The position numbers were made by a program, and so were the translations under genes. Of a stretch of 64,000 bases of DNA, positions 11,621-24,234 are shown piece after piece (position 1 is the first letter of the stretch; each line of letters opens with the position of its first letter). Source of the stretch: Malacoraja senta (lineage: Eukaryota); assembly GCA_038087875.1 (NCBI GenBank), contig CM075999.1, forward strand, positions 1,614,001 to 1,678,000, in the 5' to 3' direction. The notes beneath the pieces were generated by a model. It made no database searches. It had not been told where the DNA came from and was given only the letters and a program-made list of their open reading frames with translations.

Positions 11621-13092
11621 ATGATCTGTAGTGTTTTGTTGTTGAGGTAGGATTAGGGTTGTACAGGTTGGTTCAAGAGCCTGCTAGTTGAAAGAAAGTA
11701 GTAATCCCCAAACTGGTGATCTGGGATATCATGCTTCAGTGCTTTCCACCTGTTCTCTCAGTGTGTAGCTTTGGGATGTGGGAGGTTTCCGGAGAAAACC
11801 CACGCGGTCACAGGGATAACGTATCAATTTCACACACACAGCACAGCACAGCACCCGAGGTCAGGATCGAACCTGGCTCTCTGGCGCTGTAGATGCGCTG
11901 TGAGGCAGCGGCTCTATCAGCTGCGCCAACTGTGCCATCTTGTTGAAGGAGGCAGAAATGACGGGTGATGATCTGCTAAAATGTGAAGATTGGAGGGGTA
12001 AACAATGAAGGCAGGGAAATCCACAACTCGCTCTGAGAGGGAGGAGAGAAGCTGAAAGAAAATGCAGGAAAGACAGTCAAGAGCTCTTAACATGTTGACA
12101 TGAAACCATTTGTTATCTTAGGACATCCTAAAATGCTTTACAACTAATTGCTTGTGTAAAGTGGAAAGAAAATGGAGATAAATATAAGATTAATCAGCAT
12201 GGAATAACCATGATCATTACTCTTCCCAGTCCTATAATATTAAATAATATTGAAATCAACAAGAATAACGTGTGAGACTTTTTAAAGGAACACCAATAAA
12301 ATAAGCAATTGTTATCTAACATTCTTACATTTCAATGTTAGGCCATGATATTGGCTGGGTTGATGCAATGGGTTTTCTCCACTCCTTTTGGACTTTGGGA
12401 AAGCTCTGGACCCCAGCGCTCTTGTGGAAGAGTTGAAATATATATAAGAGTCACAGGCAGAAGCGAAGGCAAGTGTGACTGCACTGCAATTTCCCCGCTT
12501 TCCTCCTGCCTGATAATATTACGTTTCCAATCCCAGATGTCTGAGCCAAAGATTTCAGTCTCTCGGGAGGCTAAGATAATCGGGTAAAGTCCGTGGCAGA
12601 ATAAACTCTTGTTAATGCCGGAATATTGGTCTGGAATGGGTGGGTGGGGGATAGTGATCAAGCCTTGCATGTTCTTTGGTGCCTGTTTTACTGATGAGGG
12701 ATAGGATGAGGGACCCTCCGACCATCTTTGATCGGACCTTACTGGCTTTACCTTGCACTAAACGTTGCTCCCTTAATGTGTATAAGAAAGAACTGCAGAT
12801 GCTGGAAAAATCGAAGGTAGACAAAAATGCTGGAGAAACTCAGCGGGTGAGTTGCACCCGTTGAGTTTCTCCAGCATTTGTGTCTCCCTTACTGTGTGTA
12901 TGTACCCTGCGAATGGCTCGATTGTAATCATGTTATTGACTTTCCGTTGGCTGGCAGGCACGCAACAAAAAGCTTTTCACTGTACCTCGGAATATGGGAC
13001 TATAAACTAAATAAAAACTGAAAGAGGAATAAAAGGGAGTGTAAACAAGAGAGAAACAGAAAAGAAAGAGTTAATTGATTGTATTTGATTGA

Positions 13093-13407
13093 AAGATACC
13101 GCATGGAAACAGACCCTTCAGCCCACCGAGTCCATGTTGACCATCGATCACCTGTTCGCACCAGTTCAACGTAATCCCACTCTCTCTTCCACTCCCTACA
13201 CACTGGGTGGAAATTTACAGAGGCCAATTAACCTACAAACCTGCACGTCTTTGGGATGTGGGAGGAAACCGGAGCACCCGGAGAAAACCCACGCGGTCAC
13301 GGGGAGAACGTGCAAATTCCACACAGGCAGCAACTGAGGTCAGGATCAAATGTGGGTCTCAGGCGCTATGAGGCAGCAGCTCTATCACTGTGCCACTGTG
13401 CTGCCCA
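13093..13407 (-). mobile_element. V-SINE (HE1-like)
   Basis: Reverse copy with V-domain gggaggaaaccggagcacccggagaaaacccacgcgg. Confidence 0.85.
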
Positions 13408-13471
13408 TTTGTTGATATGAAACAGTTTATAATCTTCGGACATCCTAAAATGCTTCACAACAACACTTTTA

Positions 13472-13556
13472 TTTTTTTATTTTTTTATTATTTTTTTTAA
13501 ATATTTTTATTTATTAGAAGTATTGTACATTGCAGTGATATCAACCAAAAAATAAC
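13472..13556 (-). mobile_element. Short A-tailed retro-insertion at an L1-type endonuclease site
   Basis: T-rich tract at the left; 9-bp TSD ACACTTTTA at 13463-13471 and 13557-13565; TTTT/AA target. Confidence 0.6.
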
Positions 13557-13989
13557 ACACTTTTAAACACACGTGCAGGGTGGAAAGGAAACTGAGATGA
13601 TTGAATTCACAATTAGAAATGACATACCTATCAAAATAAAGCAACAGAAAGAGATATTAACATCACATAACCATCAGGGTATTGACGGGTCCCGCCGTCC
13701 CCACTATTTTCAGTCTGAAGGAAAGTCCCGACCCGAAATATCACCCATTCTTTTTCTCCAGAGATGTTGCCTGAGTTACTCCAGCATTTTGTGTCTATCT
13801 TCGATGTAAACCTGCATCTGCAGCTCCTCCCTACACAGGGTATTGAAGGGTCTGCCTCTGTGCCACGTATTTCTGCACAGACTATCTAAAGGCACAGTAA
13901 TCTTTCGAAATAGATGTCGCTTTCATGGAGCCGAGGGAGTTGATTCTCCACTGACTCCTTTCAGAAGTTTAGAAAATGCTGGAGTAACA

Positions 13990-14500
13990 TCGAAACATAG
14001 AAAATAGGTGCAGGAGTAGACCATTCGTCCCTTCGAGCCAGCACCGCCATTTAATATGATCGTGGCTGATCGTCACCAATCAGTATCCCGTTCTCCCCAT
14101 ATCCCTTGATTTCGTTAGCCCTAATGTTCCCAATGTTGGGTGAGTCCAGAACCAGGGGCCACAGTCTTAGAATAAAGGGGAGGCCATTTAAGACTGGTGA
14201 GAAAAAACGTTTTCACCCAGAGAGTTGTGAATTTGTGGAATTCCCTGCCACAGAGGGCAGTGGAGGCCAAATCACTGGATGGATTTAAGAGAGAGCTAGA
14301 TAGAGCTCTAGGGGCTAGTGGAATCAAGGGATATGGGGAGAAGGCAGGCACGGGCTATTGATTGGGGATGATCAGCCATGATCGCAATGAATGGCGGTGC
14401 TGGCTCGAAGGGCTGAAGGGCCGAATGGCCTCCTCCTGCACCTATTTTCTATGTTTCTATGTTTCTAAGAGCTATATCCAACTCTCTCTTGAATACATCT
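13990..14500. mobile_element. CR1 3' fragment (+, about 14124-14467) nested in an antisense CR1 tail
   Basis: The minus tail breaks at gttagccctaa and resumes at ctaagagctatatccaactc; the plus copy encodes MFPMLGESRTRGHSLRIKGRPF. Confidence 0.75.
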
Positions 14501-15206
14501 CTTGAGTACATATTGCAGCTAACAATAATCAAATTTGCCAGTATTAGAGGACTAGTATCCCTGTAATAGTTAATCGCCTGAATCTGTCCAGAACTATGAC
14601 CATGTATGGTACAAAGGACCACGTCTGGCTTAATAAGGCCACTGCCTGCAGCAATCTCTGTACTTCAAACCAAAGTCTATCAAGCACTCCTATAAAGAGC
14701 ATGCATCAATCGCTACATGATCCAAGTGAAAATCAAATAGATAGTTGAGAAAGGATGATAAATAGTGGTCCGTCATGAGACATGGGTATTTTGCACTGAA
14801 ATAACAAGGTATGTTGGAGATTAGGAACATTGGAATTAAATATCATGCAATGTGCTGCCCTCATGAGATCAAGTCGAGCGTGTGTGTTCATTTATAGGGG
14901 AAATGTCTTTGGTTTCCTTGAAGCAGATGGTTTCTGCTGCCTGTAAGAATATGATGGAGCTCCATCAACCATGCATTGACGCCTGGCCCAAAGTCGCCCG
15001 CCTTATTTGACAGCCTTTCAGTGAGTAGGAGACAGCCTGACCTGGCATGTTTTGGATTCCTTTCCACAATTTCATTTCGCGTAATATTCCAGCTTTACAC
15101 GAAACAGCCCCGCACTCAAAAATGTGGCAGCCACATAAATACCACATGAAAGCCACATAAACCACATAATTTGATCAATTTCCCTCCTGGGATAAATAAA
15201 GTTCCA

Positions 15207-15257
15207 TCCTATCGTATCATATCATATCATATCGTGTCTTATAGTATCGCCACATCG
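15207..15257. repeat. (ATCRT)n pentanucleotide microsatellite
   Basis: atcgtatcatatcatatcatatcgt... Confidence 0.6.
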
Positions 15258-15314
15258 TAAAAACACTCACTCAAACAGATTTCAGAGCCGTCAAAGATTG
15301 CAGGGACCACATTA

Positions 15315-15955
15315 AAATGCAGGCAGTGAAGAAAGTGAATGGCATGTTGGCCTTTATAACAAGAGGAATTGAATATAGGAGCAAAAAGGTCCTTCTGCAG
15401 TTGTACAGAGCCCTAGTGAGACCACACCTGGAGTATTGTGTGCAGGTTTGGTCCCCTAATTTGAGGAAGGACATTCTTGCTATTGAGGGAGCGCAGCGTA
15501 GGTTTACAAGGTTAATTCCCGGGATGGCGGGACTGTCATATGCTGAGAGAATGGAGCAGCTGGGCTTGTACACTCTGGAGTTTAGAAGGATGAGAGGGTA
15601 TCTCATTGAAACATATAAGATTGTTAAGGGCTTGGACACGCTAGAGGCAGGAACATGTTCCCGATGTTGGGGGAGTCCAGAAGCAGGGGCCACAGTTTAA
15701 GAATAAGGAGTAAGCCATTTAGAACGGAGACGAGGAAACACTTTTTCTCACAGAGAGAGGTGAGTCTGTGGAATTCTCTGCCTCAGAGGGCGGTGGAGGC
15801 AGGTTCTCTGGATGCTTTCAAGAGGGCTCTTAAAAATAGCGTAGTCAGGGGATATGGGGAGAAGGCAGGAACGGGGTACTGATTGGGGATGATCAGTCAT
15901 GATCACATTGAATGGCGGTGCTGGCTCCTGCAACCACTGCCTATTGTCTATTGTC
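15315..15955 (+). mobile_element. CR1-type LINE ORF2 C-terminal fragment and 3' tail (frameshifted)
   Basis: AVKKVNGMLAFI...LYRALVRPHLEYCVQVWSP...QRRFTRLIPG...LWNSLP; tail ctattgtctattgtct. Confidence 0.9.
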
Positions 15956-16189
15956 TAAAATATATCCCATGTCCAATAAGTATCGATGCTCACTCTTTTA
16001 CTGAGGACAATCAACTGTTTCCTAAATGTGTGAATACTTGCATCAACCATCTTAAGCAGCTATTCCAACAACCCAATGAACGCTACTTCAACACAGATAG
16101 TCCTCGGAAAGATTCTCCAGGCTCCCAACCTTCTAACCTTTCACCCTAACACCTGAAGATTCAACCTTCTTCCAAGAGACCCCTCCAAT

Positions 16190-16370
16190 CCTGCCGTCTT
16201 GCTCGTCCACATCTCTTTTTACCCCATGTTTGGTAGCTCCACCTTCAGCTCTCCAGATGCTAAGCTCATGAACGTCCTCCTCAAAACTCTCTGCCTCCTC
16301 TCTCTTACTCCAAGGTGGCTACTTCAACCACCAGCTCTTTGAATAAAGCATTTGGCCATCTGTGCCAATC
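16190..16370 (+). mobile_element. Ancient L2-like LINE 3' relic
   Basis: Decayed ...ccttcagctct...gctaagctc..gaac..cctcc..aaactctctgcctc...ctctttgaataaagcatttggccatctg, resembling vertebrate L2 3' ends (recognition from memory). Confidence 0.35.
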
Positions 16371-16524
16371 TCTCTAGATGGTGCTGCTGTGACATATCTC
16401 CAGAAGTTTCAAGATACGGCAGATTGGTAAAGTAATGCTTTAAAGTTTTATCTCAGCTATGTTTGTACTTCATATTTACTATTGTCTTCTGTTCAAATCT
16501 GTCAGCACTGGAGAATTGAAAATG

Positions 16525-17040
16525 AAAACTCACACGGTCACAGGGAGAACGTGCAAACTCCATACCGACAGCACCTATAGTCAGGATCAAACCTGGGTCT
16601 CTGGCGCTGTAAAGCCCCTGTCCCACTTAGGAGACCTAAACAGCAACCTCTGGTGACCTTGCCCACCACCCAAAAAAATCAAGGTTGAGGGGACCTGCAA
16701 CCTCCTACCACCTCCCACACGTATGTTGAAAACCTTCCTCGACCATGAAGAAAACCGGCTTCGACTAGACCTGCGACTAAAAAATGATCGATTTTTAAAA
16801 CGGCAACCTATTTTTAGTCGAGGCCGGTTTTAATAATGATGAAAAAATATCAGCAACCTGGATGAAGCCTCGACCACGCGGAAACCACTTTCGACCATTA
16901 GGGAGAGTGACCAAAACCTCCGGTGACCTCATGGAAACCTTGGGTGGCGGGCAAGGTCACCAGAGGTTGCTGTTTAGGTCTCCCAAGTGGGACAGGGGCT
17001 TAATAGGCAGCAACTCTATCGCTGCGCCACTGTGCCACCC
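16525..17040 (-). mobile_element. V-SINE head/body interrupted by a MITE
   Basis: ...ctggcgctgTAA[MITE]TAAtaggcagcaactctatcgctgcgccactgtgccaccc. Confidence 0.8.
16613..17000. mobile_element. PIF/Harbinger-type MITE (388 bp)
   Basis: TIRs of about 60 bp, AGCCCCTGTCCCACTT... / ...AAGTGGGACAGGGGCT; TAA TSD at 16610-16612 and 17001-17003. Confidence 0.88.
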
Positions 17041-18066
17041 AAGTTAAATGTACTGCCGATTCTAATTTTTTTATTACTGCGTTACCTCACTGGGTTCTTT
17101 GATTGTTGGCACCCAACTGTTTGAGACCAGGAGACTTTAGGCCGAGATTGTCCCTCTGTATTGGCACTAGGTAAGCATGGGCATGAGAGACTCGTGGTGG
17201 CAACTCTGGCCACCTCAGGACCCCCTCAAGTGCTTTTCATGCAACTAAATACCTCTGAAAACGATGTAATGCCGATGGTAAATATTTGAAATAAAACAGA
17301 AAGCATGTGAAACGAGAGAAGCAGAGTTAATGCCTCAGATGGAAGATAATCGACCTGAAACATTCTTTCTCAATAAATACTTCAAGTGTAGTCACTATTG
17401 TTAGGTAAGGACAATAGGTAATAAAAGGAAGAAGGGTTTCGACCAGAAACTTTGCCTATTTCCTTCGCTCCATAGATACTGCTTCACCCGCTGAGTTTCT
17501 CCAGCATTTTTCGCTACCTCAGGTAATAAAAGGACGTAGGAACAGACGTAGGACGTAGGAACTGTTTGTAAAAAAAAGATGTAATGTGCTGGAGGAACTC
17601 AGCAGGTCAGGCAGCATTTCTGGAGGACACAAATAGTCAATGTTTCGGGTTGGGACACTTCTAGACTGATTCCTCCCACACTCCAAAGATGTACATGTTT
17701 GTAAGTTAATTGGTTTCAGTAAACTGTAAATTGCCTGTAGTGTGTAGGATAGCGTTAGTGTACTAGTTTGGCGTGGACTCGGTGGGGCAAAGGACCTCTT
17801 TCCATGCTGGATCTCTAAAGTCTACAGACTAAAGTAAACTTTCAAAGGAGTGTTATTTTCATTTTACTAACACAAATTTTTCAAATCGTTGTATTCAAAA
17901 CCATTTTTTTAAACTATTCATTACAAATGGACTGTTTTGGTCTTTCGTTGATCGCATGGCAAGTCTGAATTGCTTTTACATGTGGAAGTGATCATATCTG
18001 GACTGGTTCCAGGAAAGAACGTAAATAGGAAGTGTTCTGCAACTTTAGATGCACAGAGTCTCTTGG

Positions 18067-19940
18067 GGAAATAAGTCTGAAGAAAGGGTCCCAACCAGAA
18101 ACGTCACCTGTCCATTCACTGCACAGATACTGCCCGGACCCGTTGAGTTCCTCCAGCACTTTGTGTTTTGCTCAAGATACCAGCATCTGCAGTTGCTTGT
18201 GTCTCCATGGAAACGAGTAGCTGTATTTGACAAGATCAAATTCCAGGACCTTGACACATTCATCTAGGTTAGAAAAGGCAACTGATGGCTCTTCCATAAA
18301 AATGTGTTACATTTCTAGTGATTTTAACATTTTACAGAACTTGAGACCATTAACTATACTGTGACTGTTCTGGTTCTACACAGAAATTATCTTTGATCAA
18401 AGATCTTATAGAGGTGTGTAAAACCCATGAGGGGAGTAGATCGGCTAGAAGCACAGAGTCTCTTGCCCAAAGTAGGGAAATCAAGGACCAGAGGACATAG
18501 GTTCAAAGTGAATCAAAGTGAAGCAAAGAGTAGGAGTAAACGGGACCTTTTCAGAATGGCAGGCAGTGACTAGTGGGGTACCGCAAGGCTCAGTGCTGGG
18601 ACCCCAGCTATTTACAATATATATTAATGATTGTGCTTTATTATTGTGCGTTATTATTATTGTTGTTAGTGTTAATGTGCTAAAGCAGTGTACCATCATG
18701 TACCGAACCCAATTACCACCAACCCTGGTCGTGTGGCAAATAAAGTTTCTATTCTATTCTATTCTATTTGGACATCTCCACGTTTGCGGATGACACAAAG
18801 CTGGGGGGCAGTGTTAGCTGTGAGGAGGATGCTAGGAGGCTGCAAGGTGACTTGGATAGGTTGGGTGAGTGGGCAAATGCATGGCAGATGCAGTATAATG
18901 TGGATAAATGTGAGGTTATCCACTTTGGTGACAAGAACTGGAAAGTAGACTATTATCTGAATGGTGGCCGATTAGGAAAAGGGGAGATGCAACGAGACCT
19001 GGGTGTCATGGTACACCAGTCATTGAAAGTAGGCATGCAGGTGCTGCAGGCAGTGAAGAAAGCGAATGGTATGTTAGCATTCATAGCAAAAGGATTTGAG
19101 TATAGGTGCATGGAGGTTCTACTGCAATTGTACAGGGCCTTGGTGAGACCACACCTGGAGTATTGCGTACAGCTTTGGTCTCCTAATCTGAGGAAAGACA
19201 TTCTTGCCATAGAGGGAGTATAGAGAAGGTTCACCAGACTGATTCCTGGGATGGCAGGAATTTCATATGAAGAAAGACTGGATAGGCTCGGCTTGTACTC
19301 GCTAGAATTTAGAAGATTGAGGGGGCATCTTATATAAACTTACAAAATTCTTAAGGGGTTGGACAGGCTAGATGCAGGAAGATTGTTCCCGGTTGGGGAA
19401 GTCCAGAACAAGGGGTCACAGTTTAAGGATAAGGGGGAAGTCATTTAGGACCGAGATGAGAAATAAAAATTTCACACAGAGAGTGGTGAATCTGTTCATT
19501 GGCTATATTTAAGAGGGAGTTAGATGTGGCCCTTGTGGCTAAAGGGATCAGGGGGTATGGAGAGAAGGCAGGTACAGGATACTGAGTTGGATGATCAGCC
19601 ATGATCATATTGAATGGCGGGGCAGGCTCAAAGGGCCGAATGGCCTACTCCTGCACCTATTTTCTATGTTTCTATGTTTCTATGAAGGGGAAAAGATTTA
19701 ATAGGAATGTGAGGGGTAACTTTTTCACACAAAGGGTGGTGGGTGTATGGAACAAGCTGCCAGAGGAAGTAGTTGAGGCAGGGACTATCCCAATATTTAA
19801 GAAAATGTTAGACAGGTACATGGTTAGGACAGGTTTGGAGGGATATGGACCATGATGGGACTAGTGTAGCTGGGGCATGTTGGCCGGTGTGGGCAAGTTG
19901 GGCCGAAGGGCCTGTTTCCACGCTGTATCACTCTATCACT
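18067..19940 (+). repeat. Copy 1 of a chimeric PLE-unique-CR1 unit, later interrupted by a CR1 insertion
   Basis: Collinear with 59656-60359, including a non-repetitive middle of about 190 bp. Confidence 0.85.
18524..19682 (+). mobile_element. 5'-truncated CR1-type LINE (RT domain to tail)
   Basis: [36 protein letters not shown]...[12 protein letters not shown]...LYRALVRPHLEYCVQLW; (TATGTTTC)n tail; TGAAG at both junctions; small foreign insert at about 18630-18770. Confidence 0.9.
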
Positions 19941-20879
19941 CTATTCTGGCATTTTTGGAATATTTTGCCAGAATTCCAGTGACAGGTAGAAGTTTTCTCA
20001 AGACATGGCCAAGTATTTACAAGCAGAAACCAGACATCTTCAGTCTAATTTCTTCACATAGTCCTCCTAGGCTGGTGAACCAGTGGAATTAATTGCCACA
20101 GAAGGCTGTGGAGGTCAAGCCAATGGATATTTATAAAGCAGAGATAGATAGATTCTTGATTAGTATGTGTGTCAGTGGTTATGGGGAGAAGGCAGGAGAA
20201 TGGGGTTAGGAGGGAGAGGTAGATCAGCCATGACTGAATGGCGGAGTAGACATGATGGGTCAAATGGCCTAATTCTGCTCCTATCACTTATGAGCTCAAC
20301 AGTGGCAGACATGTGATATTAACCAAAAAACAAAGTGCTGGAAGTACTCAACAGGTCAGGCAGCATCTGTGGAGGGAATGGACAGACCACATACTGGGTC
20401 AGGATCCTTCTTCAGACGGATGGAAGTAGATGGGAGAAAGCTGCCAAAGAGAGATGTAGACGGAACAAAGCAGATCTAGTGTCACTTTCAAAAGGAACTA
20501 GACATAATCCCAAAATGGAAGTCTTTTCAAATTTGTGAGGAAAAAGCAGAACAACAACTAGTCAAAAGAAGGGTCTCGACACGAAACGTCACCTATTCCT
20601 TTTCTCCAGAGACGCTGTCCGGCCCGCTGAGTTCCTCCAGCTTTTTGTGTCTACCTTCTGTTTAATCCAGCATCTGCAGTCCCTTCCGACACAACTAGTT
20701 AAACAACTAGTTCAAGAACAAACATCCTCTTTCAAATCTAATAATGGAAACCACTGCTGCATACTGGCAGTTTTCATGCAGGTGCTTCTAAGAACCTAGC
20801 ACTCATCAACGATGGTGTCCATGAAACCAAAAGTTTGACAAGTCATAGGAAGAGGCCATTTGGCACATTGTCTATAGAC

Positions 20880-21415
20880 ATAGACATAGAACATGGAAAA
20901 TAGGTGCAGGAGTAGGCCATTCGGCCCTTCGAGCACCGCCATTCGATATGATCATGGCTGATCATCCAACTCAGTATCCCATCCCTGCCTTCTCTCCATA
21001 CCCCCTGATCCCTTTAGCCACAAGGGCCACATCTAACTCCCTCTTAAATATAGCCAATGAACTGGCCTCAACTACCTTCTGTGGCAGAGAATTCCACAGA
21101 TTCACCACTCTCTGTGTAAAAAATGATTTTCTCATCTCGGTCCTAAACGACTTCCCTCTTATCCTTAAACTGTGACCCCCTAGTTCTGGACTTCCCCAAC
21201 ATCGGGAATAATCTTCCTGCATCTAGCCTGTCCAACCCCTTAAGAATTTTGTACGATTCTATAAGATCCCCCCTCAATCTTCTAAATTCTAGCGTGTACA
21301 AGCTGAGTCTATCCAGTCTTTCTTCATATGAAAGTCCTGCCATCCCAGGAATCAGTCTGGTGAACCTTCTCTGTACTCCCTCTATGGCAAGAATGTCTTT
21401 CCTCAGATTAGGAGA
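20880..21415 (-). mobile_element. CR1-type LINE 3' fragment
   Basis: GLSYEERLDRL...LRGDLI...FFTQRVVNLWNSLP on the minus strand. Confidence 0.88.
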
Positions 21416-21999
21416 CTATGCTGGCCTGTAGAACAATCCCATTAAATCGTGCAGTTCCATCACTTTGCATCCCAGGATTCGAGGACCACTCTATTCTCAA
21501 GTGAGAAACAGTACAGTAAATAAATCATAGAGCAGAGATGGAAGTTATTCACCAGTCAGAGTAGAGGAAAGACAAATGTCAAACCAATCAGCTAGCTTCT
21601 TGAAAGAGTGTCCACGGGAATGATCAATTAAATTTTCAGGTCTAAATTTAATTCTTTGAAAGTTAATCCTTCATTAATTATTGCTACCCTCTTAAGATGT
21701 CGCATTTCAAGTTTTTAAAAAAATTACATGGGATTTCTAACTTAAATCTGTCATGAGATGACCCATACTCCTTGAATCACTTTCCCCAATCAACTTTATC
21801 AAATCCCGTTTTGAGTATTATAACATATGTATCAAATGTATTATTTCTTGGGAACAATCATAGTAATTTTAAGATTGCACCATTATAAGGAATTGATCAT
21901 GTGATCACTGATCACCAAGTTATGGCAAAAGTGTTTTGTGCGGAAAGTTCCAGAACTTCTATGCCTTGGTGGAAAAAGCAACTCAAGGATGTATGTGGC

Positions 22000-22280
22000 G
22001 AGGCCCAGTGGCGCAGCGGTAGAGTTGCTGCCTTCCGGCGTCAGAGACCAGGGTTCGATCCCGACTACAGGAGTTTGTACGTTCTCCCTGTGACCACGTG
22101 GGTTTTCTCCAGGTGCTCTGGATTCCTCCCATACTCCAAAGACGTGCAGCTTTGTAGGTTATCTGTAAATAATCCCTAGTGTGGAGGATAGCGCTAGTGT
22201 ACATGGTGATCGCTGGTCGATGCGGACTCAGTGGGCAGAAGGGCCTGTTTCCACGTTGCATCTTTAAAGTCTAAACTAAA
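22000..22280 (+). mobile_element. V-SINE (HE1-like)
   Basis: A box TGGCGCAGCGG, B box GGTTCGATCC, V-domain, tail. Confidence 0.8.
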
Positions 22281-22654
22281 GAATGCTTTTCTGACAATGT
22301 GAACTCATTCTTTTAGTTAATAAAATATCCTTCCTGTTTGTTTGATGTATGGTCTGCTTTCTTAGAGGGAGAGAGAAAGATTGATGATGGAAGCAGATAT
22401 GACAGCGCTGTTTAAGAGACTTTCAGATAGGCACATAAATATGCAGGGAATGGAAGGATATGGATCATGAGGTAAAAGGGATTAGTTTAATTTGGCATCA
22501 TGCTCAGCACAGGCAGAATGCGCTGAAGGCCCATTTCTGTATTGTAATGTTCTATGTTCTAGACGGAGACAGATATCACTATTAAATCTCATCTTAACCT
22601 TTTCTGCTTTAAGGAAAGCAATTGGATGTTGATAATCTTTATGATCATTCAAAG

Positions 22655-22865
22655 ACACAAGAAGTTGGAGGAACTCAGCGGGTCAGGCAGCATCTCTGGA
22701 GAACATGTATAGGTGACATTTCAGGTTGGGACCCTTTTTCAGACTGATTGATCCTGACCCAAAACGTCACCTACCCATGTTCTCCAGAGATACTGCCTGA
22801 CCTGCTGAACTACTCCTGCACTTTGTGTCATTTTTTTGTAAACCATCATCTGCAGTTCCATGTAT
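22655..22865. mobile_element. Fold-back Penelope-like pLTR pair
   Basis: actcagcgggtcaggcagcatctctggagaacat... inverted with ...atgttctccagagatactgcctgacctgctga. Confidence 0.65.
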
Positions 22866-22884
22866 CCATATCTTAACGATCATT

Positions 22885-23198
22885 TAGTTTTAGAGATACA
22901 TCGCGGAAACAGGCCCTTCGGCCCACTGAGTCCGCACCGACCCGCGATCCCCGCACACTAACACTATCCTACACACACTAGGAACAATTTTATATTTATA
23001 CCAAGCCAAATGACCTACAAACCTGCACGACTTTGGAATGCGGGAGAAAACAGAGGTTCTCAGAGAAAACCCACGCAGGTCACGGGGAGAACGTACAAAC
23101 TCCTTACAGGCAAGCACCCGTAGCCAGGATCGAACACGGGTCTCTGGCGCTGTAAGCTCTGCGAGGCAGCAACTCTACCACTGCGCCACCGTGCCGCC
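22885..23198 (-). mobile_element. V-SINE (HE1-like)
   Basis: Complete reverse copy. Confidence 0.85.
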
Positions 23199-23214
23199 GG
23201 ATTCAATTGGCCCA

Positions 23215-23612
23215 AAATCTCTCTGTCCTGGGTCTCCTCCATGGCCACAGCGAGCAACACCGTAAATCTCTCTGTCCTGGGTCTCCTCCATGGCCACAGC
23301 GAGCAACACCGTAAATTGGAGGAAATGCACCTCATATTCCGCTTGGGCAGTCTACATCCTGGTGGCCTGAACATTGAATTCTCCCAATTCTGCTAGCCCT
23401 TGCTGTCCCCTCCCCTTCATCAGCCATCTGGTTGTCTCCTCCCCTCCCCCAGCCCTCGGGCTCCTCCTCCGCCTTTTTCCTTTTTTCCTTTCTTCTCCCC
23501 ACCCCCTATCAGTCTGAAGAAGGGTTTCGGCCCGAAACGTTACCTATTTCCTTCGCTCCATAGATGCTGCTGCACCCGCTGAGTTTCTCCAGCATTTTTG
23601 TGTCCCTTCGAT
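23215..23612 (+). mobile_element. Penelope-like element 3' fragment with 49-bp 5' tandem duplication
   Basis: LSVLGLLHGHSEQHRKLEEMHLIFRLGSLHPGGLNIEFSQF (GIY-YIG C-terminus); hammerhead-like motif at 23514-23541. Confidence 0.8.
23514..23541 (+). ncRNA. Minimal type-I hammerhead ribozyme-like motif (representative copy)
   Basis: CTGAAGA-A-GGGT(TTCG)GCCC-GAAA-CGTT: core boxes CUGAnGA and GAAA, stem II with a UUCG loop, palindromic ACGT stem III, NUH triplet. Stem I is weak, so activity is unproven. Confidence 0.55.
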
Positions 23613-24234
23613 CATTCTGACAGAATGCTTTGAAATTTGTAAAGTGTAATTGAGATTAAGTACAATTTTTTTTAAATATACTTTGAAGAGACCAGCTGTG
23701 ACATAGCCATCAGGTGGCGTCCCTTTTCTTCACGATCACACTCCCTTGCCTCTTTCTAGCTTTGAGGTCAGTCAGAGGGCAATTGCAACCAAAGGGGAAC
23801 CTTATGCCTCGTATTCGTGGACTGTCTCATGAAATACTTGGCCTTTAAAAATATGCTAGCTATGCAATTGTGACAAAATGTAATATTTCCAGCATGACAT
23901 GAATTGAATTATTTATCTTTCATCACAAAGGTTTCCAAAAAGTATTCTTGCTGACGTACCTGAGATAAATCTTCAGATTAGATTCTCTTAGTTGAACAAG
24001 ATGATGGTGCCAGAGAATCAAAGGGGCTAAAACAAAGGTGCTTTTTGTAAAGGCGCTGAATCATTTGAAGGACATGTTTAGAAAAACCTGTACTGCATTC
24101 CATGGAAGTTGGTCTTGGTTACACTAACTATTGTTAATCAGAAATAAACCCCAAAGTAAATGATGACACCTTGAACATAGGTAATGTGTCAGATAATCTA
24201 GCATTGAAAGGAAGGGGTCTAATCAGTCTTTTAG

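Noticed and set aside
12338..12670. 110-aa ORF in unique sequence as a host exon
   Set aside because: No recognisable domain or convincing splice context; it cannot be excluded without homology or expression data.
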